In this document: piece by piece, positions 50,395 to 62,495 of the stretch
Numbering within the stretch: the first letter of the stretch is position 1
Layout: the number at the start of each line of letters is the position of its first letter
Assembly: GCA_976551045.1 (NCBI GenBank)
Contig: CDPCPM010000037.1
Coordinates: 22,754,001-22,818,000, forward strand
Source of the DNA: Glaucostegus cemiculus
Lineage: Eukaryota
Direction of reading: 5' to 3'
DNA: 64,000 nucleotides
Position numbers and translations under genes: made by a program
Notes under the pieces: model-generated
What the model saw: the letters and a program-made list of their open reading frames with translations, nothing else
What the model was told of the DNA's origin: nothing
Database searches by the model: none

Positions 50395-50530
50395 CAGGAA
50401 GGAGAAAGGAAGACCAACTCCAATGGGGTCCTTCTATTAGTAAAACATTTGGAACATCACACTGTCATACCAAACACACTATTTCATTAGAGGGACAAGA
50501 CGTCATGACAACATCCTTCCAAAGTTGGAA
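50395..50530 (+). mobile_element. RTE-clade (BovB-like) LINE AP-endonuclease fragment
   Basis: From 50416 the frame reads NSNGVLLLVKHLEHHTVIPNTLFH*RDKTS*QHPSK, matching the RTE endonuclease motif NSNGxLLLxxCxEHxLVITNTLFxQxDKYKTSWQHPRSK. Confidence 0.7.
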
Positions 50531-53140
50531 ACATTTTTTTGAGGAAATATCTTGATTGAAAAAGAGGGCAAGAGTGAAGATGGTCAGAATGAGGTCATAT
50601 ATGAAAGCAAGAAGATGATCCTGTGAATAGGAATAGGGCCAGATAGTAAAGTTGGAAAACTTACTACTGCCCCAAAGGACAATTGATGTCCCACTTAACA
50701 AAGTAATAAATTAGTTTCAAAATTACTTCAACCAGGCACCGTCAAAGATTGTGAAACCTTGTAAGTTTTGAAGCTATAACCAGAGGTGAGGAAAGATGAT
50801 TAGCGGGTATGTATTTGTGATGGAAGATCTGCTGCAACATTGCAACTGCACGCGCTGAGAGGGAAGTCTGTGTGAGGACTCATGGAAGAGCACATCTAGT
50901 CTAAATTCCTTAGCACATTCAAACAGGCATGCAAGATGATTTTATGGAAGTGGCCCATGAAATAAAGTGGAGGCATTTTATCCAGCACAGAATGTTAACG
51001 TAAACACAGCGCACAGACCAATGGCAGGAGCAATGGTGGGAACTCTGACAAGTCACATGAATATGAGTGCTGCAAAAAAATAGGTCTGGCAGGAAGCTTG
51101 GGTCCCAATGCAGTGCTAAAGTCTGCAGTTCCCACAATGGGGGCATCAAGGATTCAGAGGTGGGTCACCCTTTTAACTCTAGGACATCAACACTTAACAC
51201 TGTCACTGCTACAGAGAACACAATGTGACTCAGATAAATTGGTAAAATTTGTAAATATGTTAATCAGTTTATGTTTTCTGTTTTTTTAAAGCACTTTAGT
51301 TTATGTAACATTGGTTGTAAACAATACTTTAAGATCATCATTTGCAGCAATGCTTTGTAGAAAGTTCCAGAAACAGCCTCTAGAGAGCACTTGAATAAAT
51401 TACAGTATGTTTCAGCTCTTGATTAAAATAACGGACTTTGTTAAGAGATTAGACACCCATTGATCGCACATACTTTGCAATCACTTCACTTCAGATGAAT
51501 GCAGCTAACGACAGAGACAATACAAATTACAAAACAAAGAGAAATTCAGGTCTAGTGCTTATGTATTTGTGCACTCATTTTTCTGGCACAAACAGGCTGC
51601 TGTATCCATTATGGCCCCCTTTGACACACTGTGCCTTGAATGCCATTACTAAGTACCAAAAAATATTTTAAATGACAAATAAAATATTTAACTGAGTGTG
51701 AAATATGTGATATTGTTCTGGAATGTTGAATTAGCTCAGCAGAGCATGTGCCCTTCAACACTGTCACTTTAAGGGATTATCCAATATACAAAGGTTCATT
51801 GCTAATTGACCTTTTTCTTCCTGCCTTCTAACCCTTCTTACTGCTGCCATTTGTGTTCTGCTGGGACTTCACTAGTGCAGGATGAGTAGAGAGCAGCAAA
51901 AAAGGCAGGAGAATCTATGAGATGCTTAACAACAATGGACCTTCAGAGATCTTCCCCCAAACTCACTAGAGCTATGGATTGGGCACCTTTGATTCAACAA
52001 CGGAGCCTGTTAATGAACAACATCATTTCTTGCTATGGACTTCGCTGCCATTGGTTGTCAAGGTCATTTTGGTTCTTAACTTTTATACTGTAATCTCCTT
52101 CCAAGCTGTAGCAAGTGACTTCAGCAATATTTTGCACCATTGCGTCAGGAAGGATTGAAGATATCCAAGCCAGGAGGAACATCTCTGTCTCTGCTCGTGT
52201 AAAGTGTGAAGCAGGAAGAGACAGCAGTAAGTTTCACCTGCATTCAAGGGTCAAAAGTGCTGTACAATACATCCACATTGCCTTGCCTGCTCTCCCTCAC
52301 TAACTCAACATCTTTCTGAATGAAGAGATTTTATTCTTTCCTTTTCTGGCTTGTTGCAACCACTGGCACCATCCCATCCACATCTGTGCCAGTTTCCTGG
52401 CCACAGTTATGATTCATTTGTCTTGCACTAATCTGATGTGGTCCCTTCAATACAAAGCAAGATGACCCTTGGAGATGGTCTATTACTCCTGTTTGGAATC
52501 AGAGCACAGTGTCAGAGATGACCTTCGGATGTGGTTCAGTTTTCCTATTAGGGAGTAGGTCATGGCTTGAGATGATACAACAGCCGAGAGGTGACGTTTG
52601 GAGGTTGTTTATTACTCCTATTACGAACCAGGGCACGGGTCCAGATATAGTCACTGGAAATGGTTCATTACTCCTGTTGGGCACCAGAGCTCAGTGCCAG
52701 AGACCAGAGCTCAGGGTCAATTACTCTTGTTGAGAACCAGGCCATTGTTCCACATATGGTAAACAAAACAGAGCCATGCAGTTAAAATTGAGCAGACAGT
52801 TGAATTGTACTTCTGTACAGGTCATCCCTGAAAGGGTATTCACATTTGCAGTTGTTTGCTACATAATGTCTATCTTCACTCTCAGGACTTATCAGTCCTC
52901 ATCACTACTAGGAAGCAAGAAATCCAGTGGTTGGAGGAGAGGGAATAGTGTGAAGGGGAAGAGCAGGAGTGCCAAAGTAGCTAATCGCCCCTCTCCCCTC
53001 ACTCCAAATACACCAATAGCTCTACCTCACTTCTCTGAAAATACAAATAACATCACCAAATCCAGTACAAAATTCCATTTACTGGTTTATTTCCAGTTGT
53101 CAGACATAATTACTTTGCCTTGCTTGCTTCTCACAACTTA

Positions 53141-53700
53141 AAGAAATTCTTGCAATTATCTCACTGTTTTCAAAGTGTCAGAATGCCCCACAGTGCTTTG
53201 CAACCATTTTTGAAGTGCATTTGCTGTTGTGTGATTGGAAATGTGGCAGCAGTATACATACTGTAAGCTCCCACCAAAGCAATGTGATAATGACAAGATA
53301 ATGGTCGAGCTTTAAATGTGTGATGCTCAGTCATCCAACATGTGTTTTGTGCAAGAGTCTCAGACTGCAAAATATCATTGCATGAGGTCCAAGCATTGTG
53401 CACACTAGAACCTTGCAGATTAAATGTGTCCAAAGGACACCCAGCATGTTCTACCAGTGTAGAGAGAATCGAGGCTTGGGCATCATTTAAGGGGGTATCA
53501 ATAGCCTAAAAGTCAGATAGGAGCATTTGAAGGAGTGGGGTCACATGAGGCTCCTGCAGGAATGACAGTTGTAACTTCAACCATCCAGCACTTCCTTAGA
53601 ACTGCACTGAATTGTTCGCCTTGATTTCTGTGCTTGTCTTCGGGAAGGGATTTGAGCCCATGGTCTTCTGACTCGGATGCATGAGTACTGCCAGTTGTGT
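53141..53700 (-). mobile_element. Deu-domain SINE, degraded
   Basis: Antisense tail and core (agtgctttgcaacc...ttggaaatgtggcagc...ctcccaccaaagcaatgtgataatgacaagataat) and head (cagcacttccttagaactgcactg...ggatttgagcccatggtcttctgactc). Confidence 0.65.
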
Positions 53701-54940
53701 TATGGATGGCATGGTGCTCAGTGTGAAGAGGTGGAGGAGGCTGTGGAGTTTGAAGCAATGATAGTGGGAGAAATATGAGAATTCAAGATAAGCATCGTAT
53801 GCAGTGAGAGTGGAGGTCCAATGAAAAGGTAGGAGGTCATTATTCTAAAGAACGCTAAGGAGATTACAGAACTTCTTGCCGTCATGCCACAGGCGAAGCC
53901 ATGGCTTTGATTCCATTCCATTAACAGTGGAGCGTTTCCTGAGCAACTTTCTTCTGGAGAGTGGAATCGAGGTTGTGGTGGGAGAAGGAGTGATGCCTGA
54001 GCCATTTTAGCCCTTTTATTGAAGATGGTCAGCAAAAAAAAAAACCAAGCTTACTGCTAAACTTACATTTCAAGGTACCAATATTTGAAAACTAATGATC
54101 TGCATTTTTGGGGCTGGTCAAGATTTGACCTCTCCCTCTACACTTGTGATGAAAGATGCTCATTGGTGCAACAAGGCTGAAAGGAGAATTATAAATGTAT
54201 TTTCTAATCAGATGAGTTCTGTGTACTGCACCAGTTCCTCAGGTTTAACTTTGAGGTCATCATCAAAATTCCATCCATCGAATTACAGTCAAATAGCTCT
54301 CCAAGGCATTTGTTATTTCATACAATGTATTCTATCAGGGATATAAACCTGTTATTGACTAAACAAAACTGACTGGAGACAATTCCTGTGACCAGTAAAT
54401 TAAATAAAAATGAGTTAGCAATAGAACTATGGAGCATGTAGAATTTCTTAAAAGGGCCTGGAGTAAACAATGACTATATGAGTTGGAGAGCTGGTACTGG
54501 CTGGGAAAATAATTTAAATGCTTTACATTGAGGGATTGAAAGTGAAACATAATAAAACGCTGGAGATTTGATGGAAAGATCTTCATCATGAGAAAATGGC
54601 CCTGGCCATTTCAAGTTTGACCTGAAAAAAATATCATAATCTAATGATTGGTACTATATTGTGACTATCTTGTTTTCTTTATCAGATTTGAACAAGATTT
54701 GTATAGTGTAGGCAGTGACATGTCAGGTGTGATGATATCTTAAAACTGCAAAAGCGAAGCAAACAAACTCAATAATGTCTGAGCCTGAGGATATGTTGCC
54801 ATCTTGGATTATTTAGCAATTGGGGACGTTTTTGTTTAAGAATATAAATGATTGTAACATGATCAAATAAATTGTGAAATGCTGCACATATTAGCTTTTA
54901 GCAGTGTATGAAAATTTTAAAAATGTAAATGATAGAATAT

Positions 54941-55128
54941 CTAAAATTAAAGCAGAAAATGCTGGAAAAACTCAGCAGGTCTGGCGTCATCTGTGGAAAA
55001 AGAAACAATAAACTTTTCGGTTAAGAGATCCTTCATCAGGCTCTAGGACCTGAAACATTTCCTGTTTCTCTTTAACAGATGCTGCTTGACCTGCTGAGTA
55101 TTTCCAGTATTTTCTGTTTTTATTTCAG
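54941..55128. mobile_element. Penelope-derived foldback (two terminal repeats in inverted orientation)
   Basis: The left arm agcagaaaatgctggaaaaactcagcaggtc...catctgt...agaaaca pairs with the right arm tgtttct...acagatgctgcttgacctgctgagtatttccagtattttctgt. Confidence 0.75.
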
Positions 55129-55779
55129 CTTTTAAAGCCAGGAGGCTTGATCGCAGAACTTCTGTGGCCATGATTTGACCAATAGTAAAAGTGTACCACG
55201 TGCTTCAGCAGTAAGGTTGGACCAAATGACTTAGAAAAGTAATATCATTGAGAAATTGAATTGTGCCTGTCTAGATGCATTAAACAGTTAGCACAGGGCA
55301 GCTGAACAAACAGTTGGGAAGTTCAGTAACACATAAGGCCCCAGGAGCTGTTGATATTGAATAGGCTTTTCTTCATGTTGCATCATTGTAGCCTGACAGA
55401 GCACGTGGAGGAAGTCATATAACAGGGGGATCAAGACTGCATCTGGGTGACGGGAAGGTGGACCCACAGGGAAGAGATGCCCAGGCTTGTGGGGAGTGTC
55501 CAGCACAATCCTTGAGTAAGGATTGAAATGGAGGAGTTAAGCTGAGAGATTGATTAAAAAGTTTACTGCAAGAGTCAGCGGTTGTGGATCCATGGTGTTT
55601 GATGGTGTCAGTGACTGGGGGTAGGGGTGGTTTGGTTGGCTTGGCTGGTCTGTGATTGGGAAGTGTGGGGTCAGGTGAAGGGCACTGAGCTTAAGGTGAG
55701 ATAAGGCAGGAGAGCACTACCAAGTTAGGGGTGGCCTAATTACATGGCCATTTAAATTTCTTTACAAGTTAATTAGGAA

Positions 55780-56025
55780 TGATGACAACAAAGCAACCAG
55801 ACTGTTGTAAAAACCTATCTGGTTCACTTGTGCCCTTTAAGGAGAGAAATGTGCCATCCTTGCCCTGGTCAATCAAATATGTGACCCCAGATCTATCAAT
55901 ATGGTTAAATCTTAAATGTTCTCTGAAATGGTCTAATAAACCGTTCTGTTGAAGGGCAATCAGAGATGGGTCATGAATGTTTTTCTTGCCAACAATGCCC
56001 AGATCCTGAAAAATAAACCAAAAAA
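55780..56025 (+). mobile_element. Chondrichthyan SINE 3' part sharing its tail with the 13095-13606 LINE
   Basis: ttgtaaaaacctatctggttcact...tgccatcctt...atgtgaccccaga...gaagggcaatcagagatggg...gcccagatcc. Confidence 0.7.
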
Positions 56026-57015
56026 ATGCCCACCCATTCCAGTTTGTTCAGGACAGTCCCGAGCTGAAAGGATCCAGTCTGGTCACACAGTGAATGACTA
56101 AAGGAGAGCATTTATTCCACAGTCTGCCACATCCTGACAGACGCTTCCCTCCAGTAACTTCCTGGACAATCCCAGGTCTCTGATCTAATCAGCAGCTGCC
56201 TCTGTGCCTCAGCTCCCTGCAAGCTTTGTGTTTCGGCTCTGATTGACATTGCTCAGGAAGCATGCCCACCCACTTAGTTAGTCAGCAGCAGAATGTGAAA
56301 AGCCAGGAAGCAATGCCAAGCCAGTGGGTTGACTAATTTCTCAGCCTTGTGTCAATGATTTTTAGATGTAAAACTCAGTAATAATCATTTCAGGTCTTTT
56401 GCATCTCCCCAGAAATTTAACGTGGCGTGTCCTTGTGCCAATCACGTTGACGTGATGATGTCACTCCCATTGCCACACCGCTTTTGGAGCCTTGCAGGAG
56501 AACTTGGGCCACATTTTCCAGGGGTTGCCTAGCATATGGCCCTCCTGGGAAAATATAATCTTACTACCATGGCACATCCGGTAGAAATTTAAATATCTTG
56601 TCTTGGCCTTCAACCATCCCCCAACCCCTCAGTCCCTCCACAGTGAAAATTGTAATTCCCAATCTTCTCTTAACTGACCACATTCCATTTCATTTTACTT
56701 TCTCTGTCCACCTCCCACAACTGGCATCCACAGCCCCACCATCCCTTCGAACAAACTACATCCTTTTTTTTAAAGTTTGACCCCATCCATAACTTCCCTC
56801 ACCTTGGACAGTGCCAGCGAGCCCCTCCAAAACCCACCCTCAGAAAGTGTTACTGGATGGCACATTCCTGGGCATGGGGTATCTGAAGGACCCAAACTGT
56901 CATTGGCACCACTGGGTGTGTTTAAAATCATTGCAATATATTTCAGAGATAAGGCACAGGTCAGATCTTAAGAGAACAATAGGAGCAGAAATAACTTTTC
57001 TTAAAAAGTGACGTA

Positions 57016-57323
57016 GGGTGGATGACACAGTGGCAACATAGTTAATGCTGCTGCCGCAGAACTCCAGTGACCTGGGTTCAATCCTGACCTCGGGTGCTGT
57101 CTATGTAGAGTTTGCACGGTCTCTTTGAGACCATGTGGGTTTCCCCCATGTGCTCTGGGTTCCTCCCATATTCCTAAAGATGTGCGAGCTGGTAAATACA
57201 TTTTATGGAAATGTGAGGAGAATAAAATGTGTTTGGTGGGATTGTGGTTGGTGGTCAGTCTGGACTTGGTGGGCTGAAGGGCCTGTTTCCATGCTGTATC
57301 TCTCTCTGACTCTATGACTCTAT
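57016..57323 (+). mobile_element. HE1-type V-SINE (tRNA head + V domain + HER1 LINE tail)
   Basis: A-box-like tggcaacatagtt, B-box ggttcaatcc (57075-57084), V domain gagtttgcac...gtgggtttcc...gttcctcccatattcctaaagatgtgc, and CR1-type tail gtgggctgaagggcctgtttccatgctgtat...tgactctatgactctat. Confidence 0.9.
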
Positions 57324-60294
57324 CACTGTTATCGAAGATACTTGTGAATTGTACTTGTCCTTCAGGATGGAAATGTGATTAGAGAGGATGACAGGAACAG
57401 AGAAGACTCTTGTAGCTATTGTTTCTACCTTAAACAACCTGATGTTAAGACCTGGATTTTTATTTTCAAGATTGTGCATTTTATCTAAGGAGCTGTAAAA
57501 TTTAAACATTGTTGAAGTTCTTTAAAAATTTCTTTATAAATCGAATCTTAATTTCATACTATGAGCCCACAGTTCCAGTCTCACTGGCTCGAATTTGCTG
57601 TGAATAATAATGGATCAAGTTGTGCTGATAGCTAGCCTGCAGTTCCACAGAGATAATCCACTCCTTCACAGTGTAGAGGACCTGCTTTATTTCTGTGCTC
57701 ATCGTGTAGACCCTCAGCTTTACAACCAACAATTGCTGGCATTTCTAATGTAGTCACATTCATTTGAATAGGATTGCTGACCTGAATTAAAAACGGTAAG
57801 TTTAGCTCAGATTCTATATATTCTTTAATTATCTATATATTAGTGTTTTAATTAACAGTAGTTTCATGTGTTTTAACTGTATTGTATTTAAGTTTTACCC
57901 TTTAAAGTTTTTACATCACTTTCAATTAGTTTGAAATAACTTTGCTATCAGCAAAGCTTAAAATCAGTGAAATGAGGCATGCCTTCAGGACATGGACAGG
58001 ACCAGGCCACAGGACACATAGTCTAGAGGCGTGGTCACCACTTATGACCTGATCCACTTGTGGGTGAGTCAAGGAAGAGAGGGCACAAGACACTAGCAGC
58101 GGTGTGTTACACACGCCATGGAACTGGCTTGGAGGAAGCAACCATGAACTGCAGATCAGATCAAGTATGATCAGGCTCAGTGTGTTTGTTGAATAGTTGG
58201 TTTGTTTTCCTCTTTCCTGCTGAAATGGATAATTATTTAAACATGCAGCTCACGTCCAGTGGTGGGTGGTAGGATACTGTCTGCCTCGCTGAAATAGAAA
58301 TCTGAAAGTAGTCATCAACTGATGTGACAGCAGCTTATAACCATTCCCCTTCCAGTTGAAGCAAGTAACATATCATCTGACAGCTCTTTTGAGCACATTG
58401 TTTGAGTCAAGGAAGACTGAATAGCCACATCTATTTCAATTGATGAAAATTCATGTATTGGTCGAAATGAAGATGGTTAATGTACAGGCATTGCTGTAAT
58501 TGGTAAGTCCTGTTTCCTTAACAAGAATTTTTTTTCAGTTTTTATGTTTAATTGTGATCTTCTCTCCAACCACAATGTAGAAACAGTTTAATTCAAAAAG
58601 AAATAACTTGCTTAAAGCTTGAAATGTAATCATTTATGTTTAGAATATCAATAGTTCCTTTCAAGATAGACTCCCAGAACATAAAAATCTCTCCAACTGG
58701 TTTAAAGTCCAGTTTTCTTTTGTGAAATGGCTGCAGTACAGCTTTCTTTTGTAAAACCCGGAGGATGAAATCTCTCCTCTCAACAATTTTAATGAAGAAG
58801 GAAGTAAATGCAAACAAAGAATTAATTCATTTCCTAATGCCAAATTGTTCATTGGGATGGTTAGAAGCAATTTGCCCTTCGGTTAGCTTTTGTTTTGTTT
58901 GAACATTTTACATGCACTAGAAAAAATAAGAAGACTGTGCCAAAACAGCAGCAAAATATTGGAAAGAGTTCCTGTCATTTTCTTAAGTATACTTATAAAC
59001 ATATATTCAAATTCAAATAGGCAATAGTCAGTGTGCTCTGAGAACACCTGACATTGGGTTGTCCTTCTGCCTTAGCCAGTTCTTGGGAATGAAGCAGTGG
59101 GAACATAAACAGGATGTAAGGTTTTTAGTTTGAGTGGAACACGTAGCCTTGAGAAACTTGTAATTTAGCTGGCTTCACACCCGATAAGCAATTTGGAATC
59201 AGAAAGCCCTAAGCATGTCTTCCTGATGGACAAAGCCCTTTCAAGTGTGGCAATGGACAAAGCACTCATCATGTCATAGTCAAGGTCAAGTGAGAACACT
59301 TAGGTTATGCTAGTATCAGTTTAAATAGGTAGTGCTGTGTTTTCCTGTGCTGCTTTGTGGGTTGGAAGAAAATCCTTTGCTGGTTATTCTCTGGGGAGTA
59401 AATAAATGAGTGGGATCAATGAATGATTAGGTTGTGCATGAAGAAGTGGTCTTGCTGGATCAAGGAAGCTTTCTGCCTTCCAAAATTTGTATTCCTTTTT
59501 CTATACACTTGTGAAACTAAATTTTATAAAGAAATAGTTTGCAAGTGAAAACAAAGATACTGCAAATAATTATTGTAAACAAAATGATTAAAGTTTAATT
59601 TTAAAATAAAATAACCTTAATTAAAATTGTGCACCAGGTTTCACACTGTATTGTTAGCAGAGCATTCACAAGAAGGTACACTGATGCTGTAGATATTCAC
59701 ACCTGTAATTTAACACGGTGTAGTTCTGATGTACAGTTAAGATATTTAGAGTCCTTTATTGTACTGGGTCACTTGCATGTAGGTTGCTGATCCAACAATG
59801 GTGTGCCCTACCATTGAAGTTAACCAATCTACCAACCTCTCTTGCAGCTGTGGATTTGTGCATTGTGAGAAACCTTTAAGGAACTTCAGGAATATTTCCT
59901 TGTACTTTGGTTTTGAGTTGCACTAACCTGCTGTTAGGCAGTGAAGGGCTGAGTTGAAAATACACTTGTCGTTTGATCTAGGATTTGGAATAACACATGA
60001 ATAGCAGTTGACAAATTGGCACTTTCATGTGCACATTAACAAGATCAACTGTCATTGCGCATTGGCATTATAACTTCTGCCATACTAGCTATCTGTGAAA
60101 TGTTTTTTTTTCAACATCTTATTTCTCTTGAGACATGGTTGCTTTTTTTCCTGGTCTAGGGATACTAATTTTCTGCCAGCATCTCACCCATTATTCAAGT
60201 CTGAGCATAAACCATGAATATTAGCAGGCTATTAAGCAGAAGGATGTACTACTGCTCATCCTGTCTTTGCCCAATGTGCATACAGACACTTCTT

Positions 60295-60560
60295 TATTCA
60301 TTCACAGGTTGTGGATGTCACTGGCAGCACCAACATTTATCATTCATTTCTAATCTAAAGGATGGCAGATTTCCTTCCTACCATCCTTTCCCATTCTGGT
60401 CTATATGGAACCAGATGGGTTTTCGCAATGATCCGGTTGATTCAGAGTCCTTATTACTGACACCCAGTCTTTTTCTCCCCTAATTTGTTTACTCATTTTA
60501 CATTTATTAGCTGCCTTGTGGGATTCAAATTCATTTCTCTGGATCAACGGTCCATGCCCC
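60295..60560 (-). mobile_element. Chondrichthyan SINE, antisense, degraded
   Basis: ttattcattcacaggttgtgga...aaggatggcagatttccttcc...gaaccagatgggtttt...gtgggattcaaa is the reverse complement of the 15250/55780 family. Confidence 0.65.
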
Positions 60561-60969
60561 TGGATGTGAGTCTGTTTACATTAATCACTAAGCTATGAAA
60601 CTGGATAGCAATAGAAATTGCTCACCATCCCTATCCATAGCCCATAAGAACAGAGGCAATTTGTTGCTACTGTTCTTAACCTATCCCTGTGGATCATGTA
60701 TTCACATGTATACTCATCAACTTATTGGGAAGTGTGAATTTTTGCTCATGGAGAAGTTAATAAATAATGTTCCCTGTGACATCTCTGTGATGAAAGAATC
60801 AGGATAGGTGGGATGCCCATGGAGCAACTGAAGGTCTTTGATTTACCAGGTAGGATGCCAGTACAACCTTTCAAATAGAATCAAGTTTGAAAAACATCTA
60901 TCATCGCACATGAAACAGAGAAACAATGAATTTGGAAATTTTAGTTCCTTCAGAATGCCATATTTTCTG

Positions 60970-61458
60970 AAGGATGTGGAAGCTATAGAGAGGGTGCAGA
61001 GGAGGTTTACGAGGATGCTGCCTGGAATGCGGAGCATGCCTTATGAGAGCAGGTTGCGGGAAATTGGCCTTTTCTCCTTGGAGACAAGGAGGATGAGGGG
61101 GGACCTGATTGAGGTGTATAAGATGATGAGAGGTATTGATAGGGTAGATCATCAGAGGCTTTTCCCCAGAGCTGAAATGGTGGCCACAAGAAGACATAGG
61201 TTTAAGGTGCTGGGGGGAAGATATTGGGGAGATGTTAGGGGTAAGTTTTTTACTCAGAGAGTGATGAGTGCGTGGAATAAGCTGCCAGAAATGGTGGTGG
61301 AGGCAGATATGATAGGGTCTTTCAAGAGACTGTTGGATAGGTAAATGAAGGTAAATAAGATAGAAGGCTATGGGTAAGCCTAATAGTGTGGGGACATGTT
61401 CGGCACAGCTTTGTGGGCCGAAGGGCCTGAATTGTGCTGTAGGTATCTATGTTCTATG
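60970..61458 (+). mobile_element. HER1/CR1 LINE 3' end, young
   Basis: KDVEAIERVQRRFTRMLPGM...GLFSLETRRMRGDLIEVYKMMRG...KFFTQRV within ORF 60838-61344, plus the tail gtgggccgaagggcctg...tctatgttctatg. Confidence 0.95.
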
Positions 61459-62355
61459 ATAGCAATTCATGCAATAAACCAATATAATTTAGCTTGCATC
61501 ACAAAATTTAGTATTTAGTCCATCATAGTTCTACCATTCTGTTTTTACACGAGAGGAAAAACCATCTACCTATGAAAGTGATTTCTGTCACTGTCTTTCC
61601 ATCAATAGTTATGTTAAATCCAGGGATAAAATCCACCAGTGCTATTGGGAGCAATCATCTTCCCAAGGCTCTTGCGTGTCCCATCAGTTTTTCAGTCTTT
61701 GATTGATATCATTCATGAAGTTAGTTTTGTTGTCTGTTGCAATTAAAATTTCACTTGGCAGAAAGTCATTTTTTATCTTATTATTCACTGTTGTTATCCT
61801 TTCCTTATTGGTACCACTGAATTCCCACTGCATATGAATATTAGAACACTATGTGTTGTGTAGAGTTATCTTTGACTCAGATTCTAGTGGGGAACTGAAA
61901 GCAGATTCACACTGCATATGATTTGATAGAAACAGGAAATTTGTTGGCCAATAAATCCTTTGGAAATTGTGATGCCACTCTGACTGAACAGGAACACTAG
62001 CTGGGTACATCTAAATTCGGAAACCTTCCCTGAATTGTCACACTGAACAAAAATGTTTAAATCAAGGTTGATTGTTCTGTTGAACAGCATTGCGATAACT
62101 AAAATGAATGCAACTTATGTTCAGTACCTAGAAGTTGGAGGTCACAGATTATACTTATGTCTACTTCCAACTCACATAGAAATTCATGAATTTGGTCAAG
62201 GATACATGAAAAGTTATGTTCCTGCATTTATTACAAGAACTCATGCAAGAAAATGGGATCTTTGTGGTTTCCATTCAGGAACTCTGCAGAGCTCACAGCA
62301 CTGCTGAATGAGTTCTCCCTGTGGCATGTAAGGCAGCCTTGGCAGTGAGGGAATT

Positions 62356-62495
62356 AGAGTCATAGTCATGTCATAGAGTAGTATTGCACAGTAACAGGCC
62401 CTTGGGCCCAACTTGTCCATGCTGACCAAAATCCCCATCTAAGCCAGTCCCATTTGCCTGCATTTGGCCCATATCCCTCTGAGCCTTTCCCATTC
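62356..62495 (-). mobile_element. CR1/HER1 3' tail, antisense
   Basis: gagtcatagtcatg...acaggcccttgggcccaacttgtccatgctgacc...gtcccatttgcctgcatttggcccatatccctct. Confidence 0.85.

Noticed and set aside
55610-55680. G-rich stretch as a G-quadruplex
   Set aside because: The G3+ runs are separated by a long loop, so it is not a canonical motif, and there is no supporting context.
60838-61344. 168-aa ORF as a novel chimeric gene
   Set aside because: From about 60970 it is CR1 ORF2. The first 44 codons are flanking DNA that is open by chance and starts at TTG.
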